Shown here piece after piece: positions 26,431-35,133 of a DNA stretch of 39,825 nt; position 1 is the stretch's first letter, and each line of letters starts with the position of its first letter. Below the pieces are notes generated by a model, which worked only from the letters and a program-made list of their open reading frames with translations, did not search any database and was not told the origin of the DNA. The translations under genes and the position numbers were made by a program. Origin of the DNA: an uncultured bacterium (GTDB taxonomy: Bacteria; Myxococcota_A; Polyangia; Polyangiales; Houyiibacteriaceae); contig CALJYC010000074.1 in assembly GCA_937984275.1 (NCBI GenBank), positions 1 to 39,825 on the forward strand. Reading direction: 5' to 3'.

Positions 26431-27642
26431 CTACTCGAGGAGGCTTGGGTCGACCAGGTCGTTCCAGACTTCGGTGCCGTCGAGCATGGCGGTGAACCAC
26501 TCGAGCACGGTGACGCCGTCGATCTCGGTCTCGAGACCGCCGATCCTGAACCCTGCCTCGGTGTCTACCGCGGGCCCCTCACGGAGGATTGCCGTGTGGG
26601 CTGTATCGACCGGAATGAAACGCTTGTATCGATCCCCAAACATCGTGGTCGTACGCTGCGTTTCGGCGAGCAGCGATGCAGTGAAGTCTTCCGCTGGAGT
26701 CATCAGAAAGATCCCAGCAATCACCTGGTCCGCGCTATAGCTCAACGCGCTCATGGTGAAGTTGTCGTCCGCGGCAAGCTGCCAGTCGATGTAGCGCGTG
26801 ATGTGCCCGTTGCTCGTGCAGTCCGGACAGGATGCGGGGATCAGCGAGCTCGCGTTCCAGCCGGCGAGCAGTGTCTCCTCGATGAACTCGGCATCGCCTT
26901 CCTTCGCCACGCCGACCCCGGAGTCGTTGAACACCAGGATCTTGGTAGCGGGATAGTAGTCCCGAACCAGCGGCATCGCGACGATCGTTCCGAACGCCCC
27001 TCCGCTCACGCCCGTCAAGAGGATCCGGCTTGGGTTCGGGAACGTCTCGCTGGCGATATCGAGCGCCGCGGTGAGGTTTTGCAGGCCGCGCTGATAGCCC
27101 ATGCTCGGCTCTCCGCCGCCCCCGGCCAGACTGCCCGGCAGCACTCGGTCCACGTCACCCGCAAAGAGTGATCCGTCACAATACGGCAGGTAGACGACAT
27201 CCCAGTCGGCCACTGGATTCGCTTCGAACGCGGGATCCAAGATCCCGTCGCTGTTGTCTCGCAGGAAGTTCGTCTTCTCGAATGCCGAACAGAAGGTATC
27301 CCAGCAAGCTCCGCCCCCTTGCAAGAAGATGACGAGCTCGTCCGAGGTGCCTTCGCGCGTGTCAACGGTGTACTCCGTGCCCCGCAAGCACAGCGGCCCC
27401 CGTGGCTCGGCCGCCGGATCGTCCGGCACCGCAAACCGGAACGTCGTGATGCCGTTCTCTTCGTCGAATGTCGGCTCGCCGTCGGGATTGAACTCATCGA
27501 CGTACTTGGTCAGCCCTTGGTCGTAGAGCTCGTCGAAACCATTCGAACCGCCTGATCCACCTGCCGCGCTGCCGCCGTCGTTCCCACAACCTGCGAGCGC
27601 GACCACCGCGCCCGAAACCAAAGCCAAGATACTCCGTCGCAT
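26431..27642 (-). CDS. Pectin-acetylesterase/Notum-like (PAE family) serine esterase lipoprotein
   Basis: Signal with lipobox LVSGAVVALAGC; GGAGG RBS. PAE-type motifs VIFLQGGGACW, YLPYCDGSLFAGD and the nucleophile elbow LLTGVSGGAFG. Confidence 0.8.
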   Translation of the reverse strand: MRRSILALVSGAVVALAGCGNDGGSAAGGSGGSNGFDELYDQGLTKYVDEFNPDGEPTFDEENGITTFRFAVPDDPAAEPRGPLCLRGTEYTVDTREGTSDELVIFLQGGGACWDTFCSAFEKTNFLRDNSDGILDPAFEANPVADWDVVYLPYCDGSLFAGDVDRVLPGSLAGGGGEPSMGYQRGLQNLTAALDIASETFPNPSRILLTGVSGGAFGTIVAMPLVRDYYPATKILVFNDSGVGVAKEGDAEFIEETLLAGWNASSLIPASCPDCTSNGHITRYIDWQLAADDNFTMSALSYSADQVIAGIFLMTPAEDFTASLLAETQRTTTMFGDRYKRFIPVDTAHTAILREGPAVDTEAGFRIGGLETEIDGVTVLEWFTAMLDGTEVWNDLVDPSLLE

Positions 27643-27736
27643 GAAAACCTCCGTGATCGCCGCATCGGTCGGCTCGGCGGCGGCTATTGGTACCTTGCTG
27701 CGTTCGCCGGGTCAACGATGCTAGCCTGCAACTCGT

Positions 27737-28732
27737 ATGAAGGGCTCCCTATGGTTTGGTTTCGTCCTCGTCCTCAGTTTGGCTGGGGCAAGCGCGCGTG
27801 CCGACGACAAACCTGTCGAGGACACGGAGCCGGTCGAGCGGGAGGCGATTATCGAGGAGACGAGCGTAGGCGAGGCTGTTGCGGAGACCGCGGCCCCCGG
27901 TTGGACGTACCCGAAGGCGTACGCGTCGCGCCCACTGACGATGAACAAGTTCATGATCCGCGGTACGTTCAGCGTCAACACCAAGCGCGCGATCATCGAC
28001 AGAAACACGGGCGCTCAGGCGAGCAGGCCGCTGGTGTCCATCGACCTCGGGGCCGCGTTCTCCATAATGGACAACTTGGAGGTGGGCGTCAGCAACTACC
28101 GCCTCGGTTCCACCCCCGCTAACGCCGCCCAGGGCATGTTCCCGATCGTCGTGTCGCCAGTAGGGGCCTTCGGCGACATGCCGCTTTACGTGCGGTACAG
28201 CTTCCTGCGGAAAAACTACGTCGAGATGGCTGCCGACTTCGTGCTTCTCGTCCCATCGTGGACGAACCTCGCCGCGACCTTCGGCCTCCCGGTGCGCATT
28301 CGAGCGCGTCGTCCCCTGACTGTAGACACCGGCACCGAGCTCGTCGTCTTGTCGAACGGCGCCGGCCTCAACGTCGAGGTGCCCGTCAAGGCCACCTTCA
28401 ACATCACTGCGGCGGGCTTCATCTTTGGAGACAGCGGGTTTTCGTTTCAGAACCTCGCTCGCAACATCACCGGCGGCAGCTACTTCGACACGAGCCTCGC
28501 GTTCCCAGTCGCCCGCAACCAGGTCTTCGTGCCGCTTGGCATCGGCGGCGGGTACACGCACGTCGTCAAGAACATAGTGATGATCGACGTGTTCGCGCGA
28601 TTCGGTTGGAATCCGTTTGTCTATCTCAATCCACCCAGTGGCGTGAACGCCCTCCCTGCCGCCGACAGCTGGGTGCTCTCCGTGGGGGCGATCATCCACA
28701 CCAGCCCGATCCTTCACGAGAGCGATCTCTAA
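27737..28732 (+). CDS. Secreted protein, possible outer-membrane beta-barrel
   Basis: Signal peptide MKGSLWFGFVLVLSLAGASARA. The remainder shows alternating hydrophobic/polar beta-strand-like patterns rich in G/S/T/N and aromatics. No motif recognised, so the function is a guess. Confidence 0.6.
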   Translation: MKGSLWFGFVLVLSLAGASARADDKPVEDTEPVEREAIIEETSVGEAVAETAAPGWTYPKAYASRPLTMNKFMIRGTFSVNTKRAIIDRNTGAQASRPLVSIDLGAAFSIMDNLEVGVSNYRLGSTPANAAQGMFPIVVSPVGAFGDMPLYVRYSFLRKNYVEMAADFVLLVPSWTNLAATFGLPVRIRARRPLTVDTGTELVVLSNGAGLNVEVPVKATFNITAAGFIFGDSGFSFQNLARNITGGSYFDTSLAFPVARNQVFVPLGIGGGYTHVVKNIVMIDVFARFGWNPFVYLNPPSGVNALPAADSWVLSVGAIIHTSPILHESDL

Positions 28733-28753
28733 GGGAGTTACACGCGGCGTGGG

Positions 28754-30085
28754 TTAGCGCAGCAGGGGCGGTGGATTGGGCAGCGAGAAATGCCGGGATT
28801 GCAGGCAATTGCCAGCGGACACGGCCCCTGCCCTGCGCCGTTCGCCCTTGAGCACTACAGAGGCCGTCATCGAATCGAGCGGCTGCTCCGCCCACGCGAT
28901 CAGCGCCTCGTCGCTTTCGGCAGCAACGACAAACACATCGTCTTGGTCTTGGAGCGCCGACCAAGCGACTTCGGTATTGTCGGCGTTGACCTGATCACGA
29001 ACGATGCTGGCGTTCAAGGGATGGGCGAAGCGGACGCGCCACGCGGCCACCACTTCGGAGCCGTCGTCGTAGATCGCAAGCTCGTCCCCGACCCAGCCGA
29101 GCGCTGTCCACCACGCCACCTGGTCGGACATCCCGCGGCGCCGCAAGAAGCCGTACACGTACCAAGCGCCAAATCGATTCTCGACTTCGGTTGCGTACCC
29201 CTCAATCGGAGATGGATGCGCTGCTTCGGGAAAATCGAACAACGGCAGTTCCGCCCCAAACCCCACCATGACCTCGATGGCGGTGGACGGCGGTGACTCG
29301 AAAGCGGCGGCACGGCCGTTCAAGCCGCCCGACAGCGTGACCGCCGTCATGAAGTCGAAGCCGTACGCATACGGAAAGCTCGAGGCGGAATCGACCAACG
29401 CCACCTCGGGGTCACCCGCACTCGCCCTTGCAATGTCGGTCCTCTCTTTGTGAATCGCATCCCAGTCGATCTCCTCGGGTAGGTATCCGAGCTGCCCGTA
29501 CACCCAGGCGAACGAGGTGTGTGTGGCATCGCCTTCGATCACGCCGCGGACCCCCATCACGCCGTCTTCGGTGTCCGCGTCGGCGCTGACCGCGTCGAGA
29601 TTGAACTGAATGTCTTGAATCGCGTGTGTGAACTCGTGCGCTAGAATCGCCTGCCCGTCGATGTCCTCGTAGTCACGGTCGATTATGGTGATGCTGCGAC
29701 TGCGGCGACTGTAGTAGGCGGCGATCGCGTTGATCCAATACTCGACCTGCGTCTCGGTGAGACTCTCGGACGCCGCAGGGATGAATCCCATCAATCGGAG
29801 GCCGCGCGTGGTCGCGTCCTCGCCGGTGAGGTCTTCGAGGTTGAGGCTGCTGCGAACCTCCTGGGCGTGTTGATCGACGGTAATCGTCCGGATCGTCGGT
29901 CGCTCGACGCCGTCCATACCCAACATCGCCGCTACCGAGTCATAGATGCGATTCTGGCACTCGGCATGGCCGATGTCGCAATGGAGCTCGTCTGTGAACC
30001 TGGTTGGAGCCTGGGTGACGTCGTCTCCGCACCCCGTCGGCCCCATGACTGCAGCGAGCCCGATCACGAAGGCAACGCGCATCAT
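28754..30085 (-). CDS. Lipoprotein with HExxH zinc-metalloprotease motif
   Basis: Signal with lipobox IGLAAVMGPTGC. HEFTHAIQD, followed by a downstream Glu/Asp-rich segment (VIEGDATH). Confidence 0.75.
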   Translation of the reverse strand: MMRVAFVIGLAAVMGPTGCGDDVTQAPTRFTDELHCDIGHAECQNRIYDSVAAMLGMDGVERPTIRTITVDQHAQEVRSSLNLEDLTGEDATTRGLRLMGFIPAASESLTETQVEYWINAIAAYYSRRSRSITIIDRDYEDIDGQAILAHEFTHAIQDIQFNLDAVSADADTEDGVMGVRGVIEGDATHTSFAWVYGQLGYLPEEIDWDAIHKERTDIARASAGDPEVALVDSASSFPYAYGFDFMTAVTLSGGLNGRAAAFESPPSTAIEVMVGFGAELPLFDFPEAAHPSPIEGYATEVENRFGAWYVYGFLRRRGMSDQVAWWTALGWVGDELAIYDDGSEVVAAWRVRFAHPLNASIVRDQVNADNTEVAWSALQDQDDVFVVAAESDEALIAWAEQPLDSMTASVVLKGERRRAGAVSAGNCLQSRHFSLPNPPPLLR

Positions 30086-30202
30086 CGTTTCATACCAAGC
30101 AACAGGCCCCCCTCACCGCTTCAATATGGGGCGAAAAAGCGAGCTGACCAAATTCGTCCGGCAAGCGGAGAGTGTGACGCAGTGAACCTGAGTGGCCAGC
30201 TT

Positions 30203-31138
30203 CTATGAAGCGCCGCATAACGCGGCGATTCGTTGCAGCCCCCTCATCCGCTCATTGGAGGGCGGGGCGAGATGACGGAGGCGATATTGCCTTCCGAGCT
30301 TGGCGTACTTGGGCTCTCCAAACCCGTGGTAAGGGAGCAGCTCGTAGGCAGAGGCGCCGCCAGCATCGTTGACGAACTCGACGATGGCCTCGATCTCGTC
30401 TTCAGAGTCGTTGACGCCTGGGATCACCGGCGTGCGCACGACGATGTTCACCTCGGGAAACTCGGCACGGAGTCGTCGGAAGTTCTGGAGGATCTTCCGG
30501 TTCGAGACCCCGGTCACCTCCGCGTGCTTCTCGGGGTCCAGACACTTGATGTCGAAGAACATCCGGTCGGTCAGGGGCGCCACGTCCCTCATCGTCTTCC
30601 AGTTGCACAGCCCAGAGGTTTCGATGGCGGTATCGATGCCACGACTTCGCGCCGCCTCGAGGAGTGCCCGAACGAAGGCACCTTGCACAAGGGGCTCGCC
30701 GCCACTGACGGTGAGCCCTCCACCGGACCTGACGTAGAACGCGTCGTCTTCTTCGACGATGCGCACCACATCGTCCACACCCACCCATTCGCCGGACTCT
30801 TCCAGCGCCCGCGATGGGCACACGAAGGAACAGTCACCACAGTCATCGCAGATGCTCCGGTCGATGCATATCTTGCCTTCAGCGTCCTTGGCGATGGCGT
30901 GCTCCAGGCACACGGTGGCGCATCGATCGCACTCCGCAGGGCCGATGCAGCGGTCTGACGTGTAGACGAGCTCGGGCGCGGTCGATTGGCTCTCGGGATT
31001 GGAACACCACATGCAGGCCAGAGGGCACCCCTTCAGAAAGACGATGGTCCGAATGCCGGGGCCGTCATGAAGTGAGAACTTCTGGATGTTGAAGACCAAT
31101 CCCTTGGGTGCGCCATTGCTTTGGTGGTTCAGAGTCAT
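30203..31138 (-). CDS. Glycyl-radical enzyme activating enzyme (radical SAM, PflA/CutD-like, with two auxiliary Fe-S motifs)
   Basis: ATG 31138 lies behind a GGAGGAG RBS. SLHDGPGIRTIVFLKGCPLACMWCSNPE contains CX3CX2C. Ferredoxin-like CDRCATVC and CDDCGDCSFVCP. The tracked start 31282 would overlap the upstream gene. Confidence 0.9.
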   Translation of the reverse strand: MTLNHQSNGAPKGLVFNIQKFSLHDGPGIRTIVFLKGCPLACMWCSNPESQSTAPELVYTSDRCIGPAECDRCATVCLEHAIAKDAEGKICIDRSICDDCGDCSFVCPSRALEESGEWVGVDDVVRIVEEDDAFYVRSGGGLTVSGGEPLVQGAFVRALLEAARSRGIDTAIETSGLCNWKTMRDVAPLTDRMFFDIKCLDPEKHAEVTGVSNRKILQNFRRLRAEFPEVNIVVRTPVIPGVNDSEDEIEAIVEFVNDAGGASAYELLPYHGFGEPKYAKLGRQYRLRHLAPPSNERMRGLQRIAALCGAS

Positions 31139-31151
31139 GTCTCCTCCCCCG

Positions 31152-33656
31152 CTAAAACTGGTGCTCCGTTCTCCGGATGATCTCGTTTTGCAGGGCCGGT
31201 GTGAGGTCGACGAAGTAGGCGCTGTAACCCGCCACTCGGACCAACAAGTTCCGGTATTTGTCCGGGTCCTGCTGGGCGGCAAGCAGCGTGTCTCGATTGA
31301 TGATGTTGAACTGGTTGTGCCACATCCGCATGTCGCAGGCGGTCCGTATCAGCGCCATCAGCTTCCGGGTTCCGGCCTCACCCACCAATGATGCAGGCGA
31401 GAGCTTCATGTTCAAAAGCCTCGCGGCCCGCTCCTTGTACTGCGCACACTTGGTGCTGCTGATCGACATGAGCGTGGCGGTCGGCCCCTTGACGTCCATC
31501 CCCTGCGAGGGGCTGATACTCTCCGAAAGCGGCTCCCTCGCCTTGCGCCCGTCCGGAGTTGCGCCGACGACGGCGCCGAGGGGAATGTGCGACGTGACCG
31601 ATACGTAGCGCAGGTCGAGCTCGCCACCGAATGCCGTCGTGTGGTGCTGGGCCAAGCGGGCGAAGCACTCCTCGATGTCGCGGCCGATTTGATCGACATC
31701 CGCGTCGTTGTTGCCGTACTTGGGCGCATTCAAACACAGCTGCCGAATCGCTTCCTGTCCTTCGAAGTTGCGGTCGAGCGCGTCGATGAGCTCACGCATC
31801 GCTAGCGTGCCCTCTTCGAAGACGAGCGTGCGAATCGCCGCCAATGAATCGATGACGGTACCAAAGCCCATCACGTCGAAAAACCCGAGGTAAAGCGCTT
31901 TGTCGATCGGACCCGCGTGAATGTCCGTGCAGCTCTCCATGCAGAGGTCGTGCAGCATGGAGAACATCGGCGAGGCGATGTGCCGCGACTTGAGAGTGTC
32001 GGATACGTACTGCTGAATGAACGTGTGTTGGACGACGTTCTCCAGTTGTAGGGTGAATGCGTCCCAGAGCTCGTCGAAGGTCGTGAAGGTCCGGGGGTCA
32101 CCCGTGCTGATCCCGACGATCCCGTCGCCGTAGCAGGTCATGCGACCGTCGCGGAGCGTCATCTCCAGGATCGCACCGAGGTTGATCCAAGCGCATCCGG
32201 TGGCGATGCCCTCTCGGTTGAGCATCTTGGTTTCAGAGCATCCCGTCACGCAGTAGTCGTTGGCCTCCTCCATGCTGCCGCCTTTCGCGACGAGCAGGGG
32301 GATGATCTCGTCGTCGCAAAACAGCTTGGGGAATCCCGAGCCATCCTTGATGGTCTCGCAGACGGCGTGGAGAAAGGCGTTGGGCGTGCGGGTATGGATG
32401 CGCGCGGCAAGGTCGGGATAATGCAGCGGGAACTCCCGCTTCGACCGTAGAATCAGATAGGAAAGCTCATTGCTTGCGTCGTGACCGTCGGGTGTGAGAC
32501 CGCCAATCGTGGTGGCCTCCCAGTGCGCAAACCCGTCGGTCAGGGAGGGCTGCCCGGGCTTGGCGTAGACGTCGGTGCTCCTGGCCATGCCGATCCAAAT
32601 CGACTCCAACAACACGAGCGCTTCGTCGTCGGTGAGCCGACCTTCGTCAATGTCTCTGCGATAGTAAGGATAGAGGTACTGGTCGATGCGGCCGTTGCCA
32701 ACGACGCCGCCTATCGCCTGTTCGAGGCGCGAGACCGTTTGGATGAACCACTGGGACTGAACCGCCTCGCGAAAGGTGCGCGCCGGATGCTCCGGGACCC
32801 GTTCGCAAATCGCGGCGATTTCGAGCAGCTCGCGGCGACGCTCTGCACGCGGCTCATCCGCCGCCTGGGACCGGGCCAGCTCGGCGTAGCGGTGCGCAAA
32901 CGCGACCATCGCATCACAAACCAAGCACACGGCTTCGAGAAATGGCTGTTGCTCGACGTAGGCGGCCGTGTCGATCGGGTCGAGCGCCTCGAGCCGCTCC
33001 CTAGCCTCCCGTCGAATCGAACCGATCCCGCGCTCGAGCACCTTCCCGTAATCATGGGCCCAGGCCAGCATCGAGCGACCCGCCGCAGTCGGCGTGACGA
33101 CGAAGATCCGTTCCATCAGCCGCCGCGTCTCTTCGGGAAGCGCGTTCATCGTGGCCGTGTGGTACGCATTGCGTTGCCAGTAAGGGAGGATGTCTTCTTT
33201 GAGCGCAGCGACGTCTTCCTCGGTGAGGACGATCGGGTCACCCGGCTTGCTGGGCACGAGCTCGTGGGGATGGGTATAGAAGCGGCCAGGCCCTACGAGC
33301 TCGCAGTAGACGACCGCGTAGCGTCCCGCCGATCCGGCGCTCCCGACGAGAAGCTCCTCATCCTCGATGTGGATCGGGTGGTGCGCGAGGATATGCGCTA
33401 GCGCTCTGCCCCAGCGGAGCACCATCGGCTGCCCTTCGGTCGCCTGCATGGACTCGGTGAGCAGGCGGGCGCGGTCGATGTTGAGACGGATCGGTTGGTC
33501 CCGAAACCCCTCGAGCATCCTCTGAATTCGCCCGCGCTTGGACTGTGCTGTGCCGCCGACCAGCCCGATCGGCTCGCCCCGCTCGATGCGGGCCTCGTGC
33601 GGTGTCAGCACCTTGGAACCAGGAGAGGCGGGCGCGGATTCGACGGCTTCGAGCAT
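31152..33656 (-). CDS. Glycyl-radical enzyme, PFL2/DhaB1-like family, substrate unknown
   Basis: ATG 33656 lies behind an AAGGAG RBS (834 aa). Glycyl-radical signature LLVRVAGYSAYFVDL (Gly codon 31227-31229). Thiyl loop CVTGCSETK (Cys codon 32238-32240, Glu two residues later). Family-typical NGRIDQYLYPYY and ISPSQGMDVKGPTA. Confidence 0.9.
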   Translation of the reverse strand: MLEAVESAPASPGSKVLTPHEARIERGEPIGLVGGTAQSKRGRIQRMLEGFRDQPIRLNIDRARLLTESMQATEGQPMVLRWGRALAHILAHHPIHIEDEELLVGSAGSAGRYAVVYCELVGPGRFYTHPHELVPSKPGDPIVLTEEDVAALKEDILPYWQRNAYHTATMNALPEETRRLMERIFVVTPTAAGRSMLAWAHDYGKVLERGIGSIRREARERLEALDPIDTAAYVEQQPFLEAVCLVCDAMVAFAHRYAELARSQAADEPRAERRRELLEIAAICERVPEHPARTFREAVQSQWFIQTVSRLEQAIGGVVGNGRIDQYLYPYYRRDIDEGRLTDDEALVLLESIWIGMARSTDVYAKPGQPSLTDGFAHWEATTIGGLTPDGHDASNELSYLILRSKREFPLHYPDLAARIHTRTPNAFLHAVCETIKDGSGFPKLFCDDEIIPLLVAKGGSMEEANDYCVTGCSETKMLNREGIATGCAWINLGAILEMTLRDGRMTCYGDGIVGISTGDPRTFTTFDELWDAFTLQLENVVQHTFIQQYVSDTLKSRHIASPMFSMLHDLCMESCTDIHAGPIDKALYLGFFDVMGFGTVIDSLAAIRTLVFEEGTLAMRELIDALDRNFEGQEAIRQLCLNAPKYGNNDADVDQIGRDIEECFARLAQHHTTAFGGELDLRYVSVTSHIPLGAVVGATPDGRKAREPLSESISPSQGMDVKGPTATLMSISSTKCAQYKERAARLLNMKLSPASLVGEAGTRKLMALIRTACDMRMWHNQFNIINRDTLLAAQQDPDKYRNLLVRVAGYSAYFVDLTPALQNEIIRRTEHQF

Positions 33657-33766
33657 GGCCTCGACTCCTTTCGATACAGCTTGCACGAATGCACCGTAAA
33701 CATGGGAACACGGGCCGAGCGCGCGCAATGGCCGAGGCTGACCTGTCGATGTATAATATTGACATC
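33657..33766. promoter_or_regulatory. Divergent control region between the glycyl-radical enzyme and the AraC regulator, with a local AT-rich island
   Basis: 110-bp spacer. TATAAT at 33752-33757 is immediately followed by TTGACA at 33759-33764, just upstream of ATG 33767. A TGCA-N4-TGCA symmetric site lies nearer the enzyme start. No promoter can be assigned with confidence. Confidence 0.3.
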
Positions 33767-34522
33767 ATGCGCGTGAGTTCCTGCATCCTGCTTCCTCGGA
33801 CGCTTCGAGTTTTCGAACGTCACGCGCACCGCAGCCACGAGGCTCACTATGTGATCGCGGGGCGTGGATCATTCGAGGTCGGGAAGCAACAGCTCGCGGT
33901 GCGCGCAGGGGATTTCTTCTACACCTGCCCCAACACGACGCACCGAATGATCGTACCGGAGGGGGAGTATCTCTTACAGTACGTTGCCTTCCTAGAGCTC
34001 GACACCGATCACGACGCAGATCTGCGCGATGACCTGGATGCACTTCTCGGCGAAGGGAGGATCCACCGCCTCGGCGACCGCTACCATGCGCTCTTTGCGC
34101 AAATGAGCCGCCAGTCTCTGTCGAACGATAGACGTCAACAACGAGCCGCCTCCGCCAGGATGACCGGATTCCTCTACGACTTGATGGTAGACACACCCAC
34201 GGCAAGCGGAATCCATCCGGCGGTCGAGCAGGGGCTGGAGTTCATGCGCTCACACGTCGGCGTGCCGTACAGCCTGCATGATCTCGTAGCGGACGTCGCC
34301 CTCGACAAGTCGTACTTCATCCGGCTCTTCAAGAAGAACATCGGGGTGCCTCCAATGAAGTACGCGATGAACCTAAAGATGAGCGCCGCTTCGGATTTGC
34401 TCCGCACCACCACCGAGCCCCTCGCCGCCGTCGCCGCGCGCGTCGGTTTCGACGACGAGTACCACTTCGCCAAACGTTTCAAGCAGTGGAGCGGAACCTC
34501 TCCAGGCGCATATCGTCGGTGA
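33767..34522 (+). CDS. AraC-family transcriptional regulator with N-terminal cupin sensor domain
   Basis: Cupin-like HAHRSHEAHYVIAGRGSFEV...GDFFYTCPNTTHRM. C-terminal AraC HTH: SYFIRLFKKNIGVPPMKYAMNLKMSAASDLL...VGFDDEYHFAKRFKQWSGTSPGAYR. ATG 33767 is preferred; earlier in-frame starts would overlap the divergent gene. Confidence 0.85.
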   Translation: MRVSSCILLPRTLRVFERHAHRSHEAHYVIAGRGSFEVGKQQLAVRAGDFFYTCPNTTHRMIVPEGEYLLQYVAFLELDTDHDADLRDDLDALLGEGRIHRLGDRYHALFAQMSRQSLSNDRRQQRAASARMTGFLYDLMVDTPTASGIHPAVEQGLEFMRSHVGVPYSLHDLVADVALDKSYFIRLFKKNIGVPPMKYAMNLKMSAASDLLRTTTEPLAAVAARVGFDDEYHFAKRFKQWSGTSPGAYRR

Positions 34523-34598
34523 GGCGGAGTTCTAGCTAGACTACGAAGTGCGAGACGTCCGGGTTGAGAACGACGGCCATTGCAGCTAACAAGAAGCT

Positions 34599-34973
34599 GT
34601 GATCGACCACGTCTCGATTCCGGTGCGCGATCTCAAACAAAGCGCGGAGTTCTATGAATCCGTGCTTTCGAAGATCGGTTTTGCGAAGCTGGTCGATGCA
34701 CGCAAGGCCGTGGGGTTCGGGCGGAAGTATCCGGAGCTCTGGCTGAATCATCGCCCTGAAATGGACGAGCACGGCATGAGCGACGGTTTCCATGTATGCC
34801 TTCGAGCACGAAGCGTCGATGACGTGCGGGAGTTCCATGATGCCGCGGTAGCGCTAGGCGCCAAGAGCGAGGGTGAGCCAGGACCCCGGCCACAATACTC
34901 CGACCGCTACTATGCCGCGTTCATTGGCGACCGAGACGGCAACCGGCTCGAGGTGGTGACGTTCGTTCCCTAG
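34599..34973 (+). CDS. VOC (glyoxalase/bleomycin-resistance/dioxygenase) family protein
   Basis: 124 aa, GTG start. IDHVSIPVRDLKQSAEFYESVL... and a C-terminal RDGNRLEVV are typical of the VOC fold. Confidence 0.8.
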   Translation: MIDHVSIPVRDLKQSAEFYESVLSKIGFAKLVDARKAVGFGRKYPELWLNHRPEMDEHGMSDGFHVCLRARSVDDVREFHDAAVALGAKSEGEPGPRPQYSDRYYAAFIGDRDGNRLEVVTFVP

Positions 34974-35133
34974 GAGCTCCGGGCGCGATGGGAGAGCACG
35001 GGCCGGGCGGAGAGCCGGGCCTGCCTTTGTGTGAGTGATTTCACAGCAAAGCGGCGCCGAAAGGGGGTACGCTCGCCGTCCGGTCGAACGCGCGCAACCG
35101 GTGGCCGGAAGCGTCGATAACCATTGCATCGAC

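Noticed and set aside
33752-33764. TATAAT + TTGACA as a textbook sigma-70 promoter
   Set aside because: The hexamers are adjacent (1 nt apart) and in the wrong order for a plus-strand promoter. On the minus strand they read TGTCAA/ATTATA with no proper spacing. Only the -10-like element is retained as a low-confidence hypothesis.
34974-35040. GC-rich imperfect hairpin (GGCCGGGCGGAGAGCCGGGCC) followed by TGCCTTTGTGTG, as a terminator of the VOC gene
   Set aside because: The stem needs a bulge and the downstream tract is only weakly T-rich. That is not enough to call.
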